DNA of 64,000 nt from Felis catus (GCF_018350175.1 NC_058368.1:209748001-209812000); one strand, 5' to 3'. Positions 1 to 11,958 are shown, counted from the stretch's first letter. Made by a program: numbers and translations. Notes: generated from the sequence alone by a model not told the origin.

Positions 1-407
1 ATGGAAAATAGCATGTTACTAATTCCAATTTATTTTGCTTTGATATAGTCAAAATTCATGCTGTGGGGAAAAAAAGGAGGTCAGATTCTGATCTGACAAC
101 TTTTTCTTTTTTATTATTCATATTTTGCTATAATTGCTAACATTTAGCAAACAGTCCAACTAAATTACAAATAAAATACACAGCTGACATTTCTTCTCAT
201 AAAAGGAAAATGTTAAGCCCAGTATAATTACAGAGAATGAAAAAAAGGCATACTGGTATGGTTAATTTTGTATTTTCTGTGAAGAAATACCATACATGAT
301 GAAAACCTTTGTAAATAGGTTTCAAGTTGATTCTGTTTTGGTCAAAACTAGTTTCTTAAATCTGATTGCCCAGTTTTGGATTAATCTTCTTAAAGACAAT
401 CAGTTCA

Positions 408-630
408 GGGACACCTGGGTGGCTTAGTCTGTTGAGTGCCCGGCTCTTGATTTTGTCTCAGGTTATGATCTCACGGTTTGTGAGTTTGAGTTCTGCGTCA
501 GGCTCCTCTCTGACAGTGAGCAGCCTCCTTGGGATTCTCTCTTTCTCTCTCTCTGGCCCTACCTCTCTCTCTCCCCCACTCTCTCTCTCTCAAAAATAAA
601 CAAACTTAAAAAAAAACAAACAAACCAACG
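408..630 (+). mobile_element. CAN-SINE (tRNA-derived carnivore SINE)
   Basis: GGGACACCTGGGTGGCTTAG head, (CT)n tract, A-rich tail; TSD AATCAGTTCA at 398-407 and 631-640. Confidence 0.95.
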
Positions 631-1019
631 AATCAGTTCATATTATTCTCAACAAGACTGCTTTTCCAAAAGCCGTTAGGGAATCTAGTAGTTTTGTTTT
701 TCATATATAACAAGTGTCATTTTTTCTGTTCAAAATGGTGCGTGTAGTTGTCTGAGGGGATTGGTGTTCCATAGATTTGCTATTAATAAAAGAAGCTCAA
801 AATTGTTCATGGTAAGAAGAAATCTGGTAAAACCCATTATCCTGTATTACACTGATGCTTGGGAGCTTCTTTCTCTTTGAATGGGAATTGTCCTAGAAGT
901 TGAAGGTTGTCTGTCTGGGCAACTTCAGTCCTCTTGGACTCTGGGACCATCGTTGAGTTAGGACTTATGTGTAGACATAAATAGGCAACCAGCTCTCTGG
1001 TGTGAGGAGTGTGTATATA

Positions 1020-1340
1020 GGTGTTTGAACCTCAGTTTTTTCATCTGCAGAATGGAGGCAATTCTGCCTACTTCACTGGGTTTTTGAAGGGCTTTAAAAT
1101 GAAGCAATTTTTTAAAAGGTCTTTACACTATGTTAAAGGAGTGATAGAAAAATGGGAACTGATCATCATAAGGATTATGCTAGTAGTCTCTATACTCTGC
1201 ACATATTTATTCAGTGCCTTGTTTTTCTTTAAAATGGAGATGATGATATTGACCTACTTCAAAAGGTTGATGAGAACAACTAATTACTGTTGGTAAAACA
1301 CTTTGAAAACATTGAGTGTTATCTATGAAAATGCTAAATA
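1020..1340 (+). mobile_element. MIR fragments
   Basis: MIR core-like CCTCAGTTTTTTCATCTGCAGAATGG and a second TTTAAAATGGAGATGATGAT core. Confidence 0.6.
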
Positions 1341-2596
1341 CAGACTTCCCGATGCAGTTGAAAGGATTAATTAGGGAATGTTTGCTTGAACCTTGATCCC
1401 CTAATGAAAGGTGTTTCTCCTGTTGCTATTTTTGTGTTAACTATTATTTTGTGCCACAATTTGTTAGACAGTAAGTGTCATGTCTGGCTGGTTTTTAACT
1501 GTCTCCAGACGGAATTTTGATAATTTTTCTTTGAGAGATCAAATGCATCTCACATTGTAAAGTGTCTTGTCCAAGGTCATTCAACTAGACTGACCTTTGC
1601 TTATTTTGGGCTGTCACTTATGGCTTCCTAGATGTTCTCATCCAAGCCTCTCTTTCACGTTCTGCTTGAAATATTGTACTTAGTGATGGATTTTTAATAC
1701 TCTAACCCTCTATCTCTCTGAACATTTTTTTTCTTACTAATTACAAGAAAAAATTAAGAAGATTTTGAAAAAAATTGCTCTTGAAAAAACTTACTGAGAA
1801 TTAGGATTTGCATGAGAATAAAATATTGTCCCTTCTCTTTTCCAATACCTAAATTTGTAGGCATACAGGCTTATTCTCCTGTTTTATTCTCTTAATTCTC
1901 TTGGTGGCAAAAGGGACTGCCTTTAGACTATCCTCACCCCGAAGGGTAGTTGATGAAATTTCATTTTCCCTTCTTTCTAATGGATACAATTGCTCCAAGC
2001 CATTTTGCAGTGTTCCAATATATTGTGAATGATAATTGTGTCAAAGAACCCACGTGATTTCAGAAGCTGGAGAAAAGGATATCGGGCAGCTCACAGACTG
2101 TGTGGGGAAGCTACAGGCCATGAACGATGGCCAAATCATGTTGGAGAAGTGCTTCCTCTGGAAACCAAATCCTATGGCTCGTACCGTTTATATTCCTGAC
2201 ACTGGTACCACCAGCTTCTGTCACCATAACTGTCATTGCTGCCTCTGAAAATCACATGCTGCCATTGCCACCACTAACACCCATCTCCACGGTAAATGTG
2301 GGCAGCCCTTCCTCTTTTAATTAAACTCTGAGGGGAATGAATGGAGCCATAGGAAGCCTGAGAAATCCAGGGCCTGGCATTTCCAACTTCTATGGTGGAA
2401 AAGGGGCTCTCTCTGAGGAGTGCAGATGGGCCTGGGGAGGGGTGTCCTTTAGACACTGGGAAGAAGTTCAGACACTGGGTGGCCAAGAGGAATGACAAAT
2501 GTCCAATAATCTAATAGGACTGTAGTCTGTAAATATGTGCATTTGATTCCTTATATTTACCTCTGGAAGAAATATTTAGATGTTTTTAATGTAAAA

Positions 2597-2791
2597 TTTT
2601 TAAAGTTTATTTGAGAGAGTGAGTGAACAGGAGAGGGGCAGAGAGAGAGAGACAGACAGATAGAGAATCCCAAGCAGGCTCCTCACGGTCAGCACAGAGT
2701 ACAACGTGGGGGCTTGAACCCACGAACCGCAAGATCATGACCCCAGCAGAGACCAAGAGTCACCTAACCTACTGAGCCACCCAGGTGCCCC
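2597..2791 (-). mobile_element. CAN-SINE (left member of tandem pair)
   Basis: Reverse-complement head CTGAGCCACCCAGGTGCCCC at the right end, (GA)n and T-rich tail at the left. Confidence 0.93.
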
Positions 2792-2820
2792 TAATTTAAT
2801 TTTTTTTCATGTTTATTTAT

Positions 2821-2865
<45 letters not shown>

Positions 2866-3044
2866 GAGAGAGACAGGACATGAACAGGGGAGGGGCAGAG
2901 AGAGAAGGAGAGAATCCCAAACAGGCTCCAAAGTGCCATCACTGCAGAGCCCAATGTGGGGCTCGAACCCACCAACCATGAGATCATGACCTGAGCTGAA
3001 ATCAAGAGTCGGACACTTAACTGACTGAGCCATCCAGGTGCCCC
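2792..3044 (-). mobile_element. CAN-SINE (right member of tandem pair)
   Basis: Full reverse-complement SINE with long (GA)n; AGATGTTTTTAAT at 2578-2590 and 3047-3059 flanks the pair. Confidence 0.93.
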
Positions 3045-3242
3045 AAAGATGTTTTTAATTTTAAAGATATCTTTTTACTTTTTCTGTTTACAAAGGCTAA
3101 ATTCTGCTTGGGATTAAAAAAAAAAAAAAAAAAAAAAAACCTCCGTTATTAATCTCATGGTCTTTAATGAACATCTCACACACAATTTGTATACAGATTT
3201 TCTACAGAATATTTCTTGTTAATATGGCATTAAAAATTCTAT

Positions 3243-3465
3243 GGGGCGCCTGGGTGGCGCAGTCGGTTGAGCGTCCGACTTCAGCCAGGTCACGATCTCG
3301 CGGTCCGTGAGTTCGAGCCCCGCGTCGGGCTCTGGGCTGATGGCTCAGAGCCTGGAGCCTGTTTCCGATTCTGTGTCTCCCTCTCTCTGTGACCCTCCCC
3401 CGTTCATGCTCTGTCTCTCTCTGTCCCAAAAATAAATAAACATTGAAAAAAAAATTTAAAAAAAA
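3243..3465 (+). mobile_element. Young felid CAN-SINE (SINEC_Fc-like)
   Basis: GGGGCGCCTGGGTGGCGCAGTCGG head, intact CpGs, B-box GTTCGAGCC; nearly identical to the copy at 46396. Confidence 0.95.
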
Positions 3466-3951
3466 TCCTCTTGATGGCATATTTGAAAAATAATTATCAT
3501 AAGAGTCAGTAAGGAGGAACAGTGGACTTCTTTATTATTATCAATAGTCATTTCTGTTTGTTTTTTCATTCCTTTGGTTTGTGTCAGCAAAAGATAGCAA
3601 CTGGTGCCCATGCAATGCCAGAATTCTAACCAGCTCCGGATTAGTTGATTGCATTACTATGGTTTTAACACCCACTGGCTTTTCTCTAAATCTAATTACT
3701 GATTTTATGGTTCTCAACATTGCTGATGGTGAAAGCTTTTTTTTTTTTTTTTACTTTTCTTTTTTCCTGAATACAGTGCCTAGCTCCACCAGAACCATGA
3801 CAGTATGTTGGTGGCTTTTGCAAACCAATAATGCTATTTGTAAAGTTTACCAACAATATTCCCTGTGGCAATCTCTTCAAATCTCAGTTTTCAGAGTTCT
3901 CATTTGAAACACATTTTGAATTCTTTCAGTATCAAGATTCCCAACATTTTA

Positions 3952-4167
3952 TTTTATTATTATTATTATTTTTTAAGTTTATTTATTTTGAGAGAAACAG
4001 AGACAGCATGAGAAGGGGAGGGACAGAGAGAGGAAGAGAATCCCAAGCAGACTTCATGCTGCCAGGGCAGAGCCCGACACGGGGCTTGAACTCACGAAAC
4101 GAGAATATCATGACCTGAGTCGAAACCAAGATTCGATGCTCAACCAAATGAGCCACGCAGGCACCCC
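3952..4167 (-). mobile_element. CAN-SINE
   Basis: Reverse-complement SINE; TSD AAGATTCCCAAYATTTTA at 3934-3951 and 4168-4185. Confidence 0.95.
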
Positions 4168-4607
4168 AAGATTCCCAATATTTTAAAGTAAATTGTACCG
4201 GTAGTGGACAGGTACCCATGTGGCTTGCCACAAAAAATGGACTACTCTTGTTCAGTTCAGATATTTGTTGCTCAGCTCTCCTGAAAGTTTTGCAAAGAAT
4301 TTTTGGTTTTGTTTTAACGTAATGGTGGAGGCAGAGAAAGCTTTCAGAATGGAGACGCTGTAGATGTCAACTGCTTCATAATGAATGTTCGTTCATTCAT
4401 TAGCATTTGACAATTCATCTTTACTCAGCAGTATTCGATAGTATATCCAGACGGGCTCTGTTGAACTCTCATCATGAATCAAAGTGTAACTGGTAAAATT
4501 GAAAACCTTAATCTGGTTGGGGTGCAAATTTTAAAGATTTTTTTTTCCCAATCGCTGCCCTAACTGTACTAGACAGAAGCACCCTTGCCCTTCTTTACCT
4601 ATACTCT

Positions 4608-4946
4608 GAGATCCCACTGAACGGTCTGTGAGAGCTCCCATTTATTCCGTCAAGTACTCAAAATTCCCTAATTAGGCACCCAGTCATATGAGTTGTGCCT
4701 AGTGAGTACCAAGGAGCATCCCTCATCTCCTGGTGGCCTAATGCCAACAGAACATTGCAGAGGGGGAAAAAAATGAATTTTAAAAATTGTAAAGATGCTC
4801 CTAACCACCAAGAAATGAAGGGTGTCCCACCCCTGCTTCTCACCAGTGCTCACTAGGCAAACGCACATGATTAAGTGCCTGGTTAGGAAACTTTGAGTAT
4901 CTGACAAAATAAACTGGAGCTATTACAGGCCATTCAGCGAGGTCTC
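4608..4946. repeat. Long imperfect inverted repeat (palindrome), origin unassigned
   Basis: 4608-4710 aligns to the reverse complement of 4845-4946 (78/103 identical by hand); 4717-4736 aligns to the reverse complement of 4805-4824 (16/20). Confidence 0.92.
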
Positions 4947-5200
4947 CGTTTGAAAACGTTTGGCTTACAGATCAATAACTCATAAGACTGAAATGGCTCT
5001 GAAAAAAGTTGGTCTCTGATCTATGAGGGTACTGTGGTCTGGGAGGCTTGAATGGATATGGAGAGGCGTGTTGGGTTATTCTGACATAAAAGACTTTGTA
5101 GGATTCTTGAAGAAGCTATGTTGGGCCTTTCTGGGCTCCTACCAAATAGGAGCCACATATCTCTGTATCATGTATAATTAATGTTTTAAAAGACATATTA

Positions 5201-5400
5201 GAGGTGCCTGGGTGACTCAGTCCGTTAAGTGCCTGACTCTTGATTTTGACTCAGGTCATGCATGATGTCACCGTTCGTGAGTTCAAGCCCCACATATGGC
5301 TCTGCACTGAGTGTGGATCCTCCTTGGGATTCTCTCTCTCTGACTCTGCCTCTCTCTCTCTCTCTCTCTCTCTCTCAAAATAAACTTAAAAATAAATAAA
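5201..5400 (+). mobile_element. CAN-SINE
   Basis: Head, (CT)n, A tail; TSD TAAAAGACATATTA at 5187-5200 and 5401-5414. Confidence 0.95.
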
Positions 5401-5600
5401 TAAAAGACATATTAAATGGACTGTTGGTTATTGGTAATATATTTTATTTTGGAACAGATCCACATTGGTTTGGTTTAAAACACAAAATTCTTCTCTTCCA
5501 AGGAGAATATGTTGTAACAGGATCCGTCTATTGATGCAATAAATATTGATCACCTGCTATGTGTGAGGCACCACGTTAGAATACATACTGTCTGTCTCTA

Positions 5601-5602
<2 letters not shown>

Positions 5603-5634
<32 letters not shown>
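5603..5634. repeat. (CA)n microsatellite
   Basis: Direct reading. Confidence 0.95.
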
Positions 5635-5637
<3 letters not shown>

Positions 5638-6072
5638 TTTGTATATGAATCTGTATATAGAGAAAACGTACAGGTACAAAATTGGTGGTAGCTATTTAGC
5701 ACAGGGAATTTACTAAATAGGTAGCACATACTGTTTAAGCTGCTCATATGAGAGTCACTCTGCCTTGTGTGACCCTTTGAATTATTATCTCATATAATTA
5801 CTTCGTTCTTCTTATTTGGGTTTTGGCTCCCCACCGAATCTCTGAGCTTTAACAGGGCTGGACTGTAGAGCAGGCTCTGCCCTCCCTCCACTCATTACTC
5901 CTTAGCGGTAATTAGTGGATAGATTGCTGCTAAGCATCAAACAGGTGCAGACATTTAGCAGAGGGTAGGGTTACATTTCTCCAAAAGCCGTGCCTTTCCC
6001 GCACATTTTGAAGGCAACGTGTTGACAGTACAGAACGCAGATGAAAAGACGTTGGAGGAAAGTATACACATT

Positions 6073-6225
6073 ACACAAACTTTCGTGTGCGTAGCAATCA
6101 CCTAGGGATCTTGTTAAAGAGTAGATTGTGAATCAATAGGCCTGGGGCAGGGCCTGAAATTGTGCTGGTAACAAGCTCCCACGTGATGCCGGGGCTTCTG
6201 TGTGGATCAGACTTGGCTGATGCAA
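6073..6225. mobile_element. MER5-like hAT-Charlie DNA transposon relic
   Basis: AATCACCTAGGGATCTTGTTAAA ... GGCCTGAAATTGTGCTGGTAACAAGCTCCCACGTGATGC resembles MER5A. Confidence 0.65.
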
Positions 6226-6289
6226 GGTTATATGTAATGGCCGCATTAGGGACCAGACTCTTACAACCCTAAAGAAGCTAGAGCGCTTC

Positions 6290-7390
6290 CCCTAGCCATG
6301 GCCGCTCTCCAGGCCACCCCCGCCCTGCCGGGTCAGCACCCCAAGTTCGCCCGCCGGTAGTCGCGCCTGGCTGGCCTATGACAGCTGTTTGCAAGGACCT
6401 GAAAGGCGTGCCTCTCACTACTCTCCGAGTCGGAGTCGGAGCGCAGCCGCCCGGTGAGCGCCGCCGCGCGGGCAGACGACGCGACTCACGTGGGACATCT
6501 CCAACTGCTCCTCCTGGAAACCCGGCAGACCGGTTTTACCCGTCCTCGTCCAGAAGTGGCTACCGATCCAACTGCAGGCAACCGGAGGAGGCCGGCGTCC
6601 TTCCTCACCTCCACCCGCCCCCCGCCTTCCCCAGTCACTTCTTCATTTTTCTACCTGACACTCCCGGAGCCGCAGAAAGCGAAGACCCAGCACAGCAGCT
6701 GGCCGAGCACCGTCTCCAGCGACGTGTGTGAAACTGTTCAACCCCAAACACAAACACCAGCCACTGACATGTTTTAAGAAACGCCACAGTTGGATGACTG
6801 CGGAACCAAAACAGACCAAATGGGGAGGCAAGAAGGGAAAGCAATTGGCCCAGTTCGGTTGGAGAAGCGGCTCGTGTTACACTCCCTTTGCCAGTTAGCG
6901 TCGTGGGCGTTTGTTGCTGTGTTAATTACAGTTCTTCCCCGAGTCGGAGGCGAGAACAGCCCTGGTGGAACGGTTTCAAGTGGAGCGTTCCGCCAGGGGG
7001 AAAACAACTGCCTTTCTCCCCAGCTGGGGAGGGATTCCCAGCAGGCAGCCCACGGTGCGCGCTGTGCGCCGGCATCGCCGGCGAGGCTCCGACCGCGGGC
7101 TTCCGGGTGCGCTCGCAGACGGAGCCTCGCGCGCTTCCACCGCGTCCGGCTGCCCTGCCGGCCGAGGCAGAGGAGGAGCCGGTCGGCTGGCGTCTCCTGA
7201 GCGCACGCCTGGGGCCGGCGAGAGGGCGCACTTCTCAATTCCTGGTTTTCTCTAAGCGTTCCGGGGGAGCTCCCGGAGTGGAGGTCTGGCACGAGAGACT
7301 GCCCGTTTCATCTTTGGATGGACCCCGGCAGGGTGGGCGCGGCTGGTTCTGAAGGAATCAGGGACAAAAGTCAGATAGTGCCGCAGGGTG
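6290..7390. promoter_or_regulatory. CpG island / orphan promoter-like region
   Basis: Abrupt high GC and CpG density against CpG-poor flanks; GC boxes; E-box CACGTG at 6487-6492; minus-strand donor CAC|GTGAGT with intron starting at 6489. Confidence 0.8.
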
Positions 7391-7399
7391 GGAAGTAGG

Positions 7400-7700
7400 T
7401 GCAGACAAAATGACCTGGCTCCAAATCCTGCCTCTGCCCCTCATTAAATTTATGTGACCTCGGGCAAGTTGATACTTTCCTATGCCGCGCTAATTCTCCC
7501 CTTATGCGGTATCGACTATGTTGCAGGACTCTTCTAAGCACTCAGTCCTCACAACAACCTTATAAAGAAGCACTTTTTAAAATTGCCGTTCCACAAATGG
7601 GAAAACTGAGTCCTAGAGATGTTAACCGCACAGCGGATGAGTGGTAGGGCTGGGATTGGAAAGGAAAAGTCTACGCTCTAACCATTATGCTAAACTGCAC
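7400..7700. mobile_element. MIR fragments (both orientations)
   Basis: TGTGACCTCGGGCAAGTT and CAAATGGGAAAACTGAG cores. Confidence 0.6.
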
Positions 7701-8624
7701 GTTAAGCGATAATGCGTATGTATGTAAAGTACCTGGAAAATAGCAGGGAGGGGGTGGCTATAGGCACATACTCATCAAACTGATCCTAGCTAAGATGTAA
7801 TGGACCCAGTATTGATTTACAAGGGAAGTGACCGAGGGGGGTGAGGGCCCACGTGGTTATGGGAAATCCATCAGAGGCAGCTGAACAGGGATTGGGGAAT
7901 AGGAATATGGATCCCAGCTCCAACTCCATCGATGTGTCACCCTCATCCCCACCACCTTGCCAAATGTGTCCACAGCCCAGACACGGCTAAAGACACTAGA
8001 AAAACAATTAGAAGCCATAGGGTCAGAAAAGCCCAGTGAAAAGGGGCCTGAGTCTGTGAGTCTATACTAAAGCCACCTACCAGCTCAAACAGTACAAAAA
8101 ATACTAAACTGTTGGTTTTCCTGCTATTTTGAAAAATACATTTTTCTAAAGTGCTATTTGGGCCTTTTACGAATAAAATTCTTGGAAAGGACTCAAAAAA
8201 TGCAATGCAAAAGCCACGGTATGCACTTGTAACTGTCATTTATGTACACTGAAGGGCTGGCACAGATGTCTGAGACAATATATGGGAAGTGCTTTGGAAT
8301 AAAAGCATTAGGTAATGATATTTTAAAAGGATACCATACATGTTTAGATTGTAATAATCTTCCTGAGAGAATTCTGTCAATAACACGTGGCTTTCCCTCG
8401 GAGTTTCATGTCCCTCTTGGTAAGACGGTTTTTAAAATAGTGCAGTCAGGGTGGAAAAGGGGAAGCCTTATTCATGGGCTCTGAGGATCAAGACGTGGAC
8501 ATCTCTGGGGGCCACTGTTTTGCCTGCCACACACCCCAACTGCTTTGGTGGGAGGCATAGTCTTAATTAATTCAGAAACATGCTCAGCACTTACTCTGTG
8601 AAAGGTACTATTAGCAGGGACTCC

Positions 8625-8850
8625 TGAGTCTCATAATCCTGTATTTGAGTGCTAGCTCTGCCACTTACTAGTTACGTGATTTGGGGCCAGTTACACAACC
8701 TTTCTAACCCTCAATCTCTTCATCTGTGAAATGGGGATAGTAATAGTACCCACCTTGTTTTGTTGTTTGAATTAAATGAGATAATGCTAGAAAACATTTA
8801 GCACAGAGCCTGGCACATGGTAAACACTCAATGAATGTTTTGTTTATTAT
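8625..8850 (+). mobile_element. MIR
   Basis: CTCTGCCACTTACTAG ... CATCTGTGAAATGGGGATAGTAATAGTACC ... TTAGCACAGAGCCTGGCACATGGTAAACACTCAATGAATG. Confidence 0.85.
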
Positions 8851-8989
8851 TACTAATCTGTCATGAGGATTGCAAAGATACATAATGCATGGTGTCTGGC
8901 CTTGTGGAGTTTAGGGAATACAGCGTACTCCACATGTAACTGTGAAGTTAGATAACACAGGAACAGATAAAGATGCAGAACAGTATCCT

Positions 8990-9835
8990 ACTAAAGTGCT
9001 AAATGGGGTACTATAGACAGTAAGTACTATTGAGTGAAGGAAGATATTTTCAGTAAGCAGGAAAGGTAGGAATGAAGGAGGCAGGATTGGTGTTGGGACT
9101 AAAAGAAAGGTTAAATATAGACAGGTAGAGGGGGAAATGTCGGGCACATGAGCATATACGTGACAGATTACAAGGTGACAGTAAATAAGATGATTTACTT
9201 GTCATCTTATGGAATGGAGGGTTTGTGTAGGGGTGTTCATTCATTTCCACTTTTCTTCCGGAGTGTTTAGGGAAGGAGTGTACTATCGGATTTGAAGGGA
9301 CCAGACTGGAGGGGCTTGAATACTAGGCTATACAGTTAAGATTTTTTTCCTGGTGGTTAGCAGAAAACCTTGGGAAGTTTTGGAGCAGAGGTAGATTCGT
9401 GGTGGAAGCTGTGTTAGGAAGGTTGATCCAAGAGTAGTAAATGTAGGATTGGTGGGAGGAGAACTTGAAGGTGGGGAGAGCTGTTGGGAGATGTCTTCAG
9501 TGGTCCAGAGAGTAGTGACTGGAGGAGATGTGATAGCAATCAGCTTCAGAAAAGGGGATGGACGAAAGAGACATGACAAAGCAAGAACAAAGAAAAGAGG
9601 GCCTTAGTGACACAGAGGGAACGGATATAAAATTCCTGGAAGTCTGGTAATGGAAATAATAGAAATGAGAAATGAGTTCATTTTGAGTGTTGCTGTGTTT
9701 GTTGAAGATGCTGGCAGGTCATCAGGTGGCACATGTCCAGGAGGCCATTGGAAATGTGGAACTGGAAGAGAGAGGTCAGAGCTAGACAATGAGGTTTGGC
9801 CATCATTAGCAGAGAGGTGGTGGCTGAAATCCTTC
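8990..9835 (-). mobile_element. L2 LINE fragment
   Basis: Purine-rich L2-like motifs (GAAGTTTTGGAGCAGAGG, ATGAGTTCATTTTGAG, GAGAGAGGTCAGAGCTAGA). Confidence 0.6.
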
Positions 9836-9923
9836 ACTCCGGCCCCCTAGGCTTTCATGGTCAAACCCGTGTTAGTGTCCACATGGGTGGATTCCTAGCC
9901 TCATCCCTCTTTTCCTCCCCCTT

Positions 9924-10273
9924 TATGGGCTAAATTGTGTCTCCCCTAAATGCATATATTGAATCCTATCCCGCAGTCCCCCAGCAGGTGACTGTATTTG
10001 GAGACCGTGTCTTTAAAAAGGTAATTAAGATCAAATGAAGTCATCGACCAGTGCCTTTAGAGGAAGAGGAGATTAGGACAAAGACACACACAAGGGAAAG
10101 GCCACGTGAAGACATAGGGAGAAGATTGCCATCTACAAGCCAAGGAAAGAAACCAACCCCGCAGGCACCTTGTTCTCTAACTTCTAGTCTTCAGAATCGT
10201 GAAAAAATAAATCTCTGTTGTTTAAGCCATCCAGTCTGTGGCATCCTGTTATGGCAGCCCTAGCAAACGAATG
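9924..10273 (+). mobile_element. MLT1 (MaLR) solo LTR, MLT1A/B-like
   Basis: GGGCTAAATTGTGTCTCCCC start; AATAAATCTCTGTTGTTTAAGCCATCCAGTCTGTGG and TTATGGCAGCCCTAGCAAAC end. Confidence 0.85.
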
Positions 10274-11469
10274 CTCTCCTCCAGGAACCAGTGTCCTTGT
10301 ACCTCCAGCCCATCTGAGCTGAGGGCGCTCCATGCTGCCAACATATCCCTCTGCTTACGTTTTAACAGCCTGTTTCCTAGCCCCTGATTATCTGGATATG
10401 GTGTGGGTGGTATTTAGTAGCCATCAGAAATGTTGTCCCCTGTGAACTAAAAACAAGGTTATCCTTCCTTGATAACAGTGGTATCTTGGGAGGCTCCCCT
10501 TGGTGGGGACTCTGGTGTCCAGAGCAGAGCTTGTGGAAGAGAGAGTTGGTCAAAGACGCCTTTCTGAGTACCCAGCTCACAGCTGTTCGAGGACTGTTCT
10601 GCCACCTGTTCCTAAGGCTGTCTCTGGCAATAGATTCTCCATGTGCCTTCCTCCGAAAGCATGCTCAGAACAGAAAGAAATGTGTCCCTTCTCGTTAGTA
10701 AGACAGAAAAATGAGTTTTACTGCACTTGTAACTCATACTTTTTTCTTTTCATTTAATAATGATTCTAAATCTTGGTGGGGCCCTATTTTTCAAAACACA
10801 GAATAAAATACATGGGGGTTGAAGACCAAGTTAGCACTTAAAGTAGCCCTCAGAGGAAGCAAACAGAGTGATATATTCGCACAACCACCTACAAAGAGCT
10901 TATCTATGAAAGGATAGAATAACAAGTGTCCAGAAAGCTCCTGTTAATTCACCTGGACAGATTCCAAGTCCCGTCTTGTAGACCTGTGACAGAGAAATAT
11001 TCAGACCAGGACCGTGTCCTTGCTGACTTCCGTGTTCGTGAGAGCTGGCCTTTATGATGGATTAAGGCCCTTATTCTGAGGAAGATGCTGATGAAGTGTT
11101 CTCCATCTTCACAGAGGACAGAATGAGAGCAACTGGGCTGAAGGTGTAGCCAATAGAGTCATCCTGTCAGAAATAGAAATCCTGCTTCAAAGTCCATTTT
11201 AAGGTCTGCCTAGGTTGTGGTTGTGCTCTAGCTCCCTCCTCTGGGCTCCCGCAGTATTACCCTGCATTTTCCACAGTCTCTTTACTACTACACTGTGGTT
11301 ATTTGTTTATGTTTGTTCCTACCTGGAGCCTGCGAACTCCCAAAGGGCATGGCTCCTGTCCATCTCTCTTTGTCCCTCTGCCTCAGCTGAATATTTCTAG
11401 CTGGCACTAGGTGAGGCCTCAGTGGATGGTGACTGGCTCTGTCCTTTGAAAACTTTTTGTGTTCTGGAG

Positions 11470-11473
<4 letters not shown>

Positions 11474-11553
<80 letters not shown>
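11474..11553. repeat. Compound microsatellite (TG)24-AC-(AG)15
   Basis: Direct reading. Confidence 0.95.
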
Positions 11554-11557
<4 letters not shown>

Positions 11558-11769
11558 AAAGAGCAAGAGAGAGAATAGGTGAAAAAGGCCACGAATAACT
11601 GCTTTTGGAAATGTTTTGTTACTCTGGATATCAAATAAGCACATGGAAAGTGTAGCTGAATATCTAGCATATGTTGATAATTGATACATACTTATTGACT
11701 GGTTGAACAGGGCCTGTGAAACAGGTATTTGCTAAAGGGAGAGGTGTGGTTTCCTCTGTAGAGAGTTTT

Positions 11770-11958
11770 AAAAATACTTATTTATTTTTGAGAGAGAGAG
11801 AGAGCAGGGGAGGGGCAGAGAGAGAGGAAGACAGAGGATCTGAAGTGGACTCTATGCTGACAGCAGAAAGCCCGATGCCGGGCTTGAATCCATGAACTGT
11901 GAGATCATAACCCGAGCCGAAGTCAGATGCTTAAGCAACTGAGCCACCCAGGCGCCCC
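11770..11958 (-). mobile_element. CAN-SINE
   Basis: Reverse-complement head GAGCCACCCAGGCGCCCC; TSD-like TAGAGAKTTTTAA on both sides. Confidence 0.92.

Noticed and set aside
2051..2258. 18-bp inverted repeat (CACGTGATTTCAGAAGC / GCCTCTGAAAATCACATG)
   Set aside because: Does not extend inward or outward, and no TSD is visible
3243..3330. tRNA-like A and B boxes
   Set aside because: These are the tRNA-derived heads of SINEs, followed by SINE body and tail; not tRNA genes
6378..7352. Overlapping 100-170 aa ORFs in the CpG island
   Set aside because: Open on several frames and both strands, as expected for GC-rich DNA; low-complexity Arg/Pro/Ala; no recognisable domain
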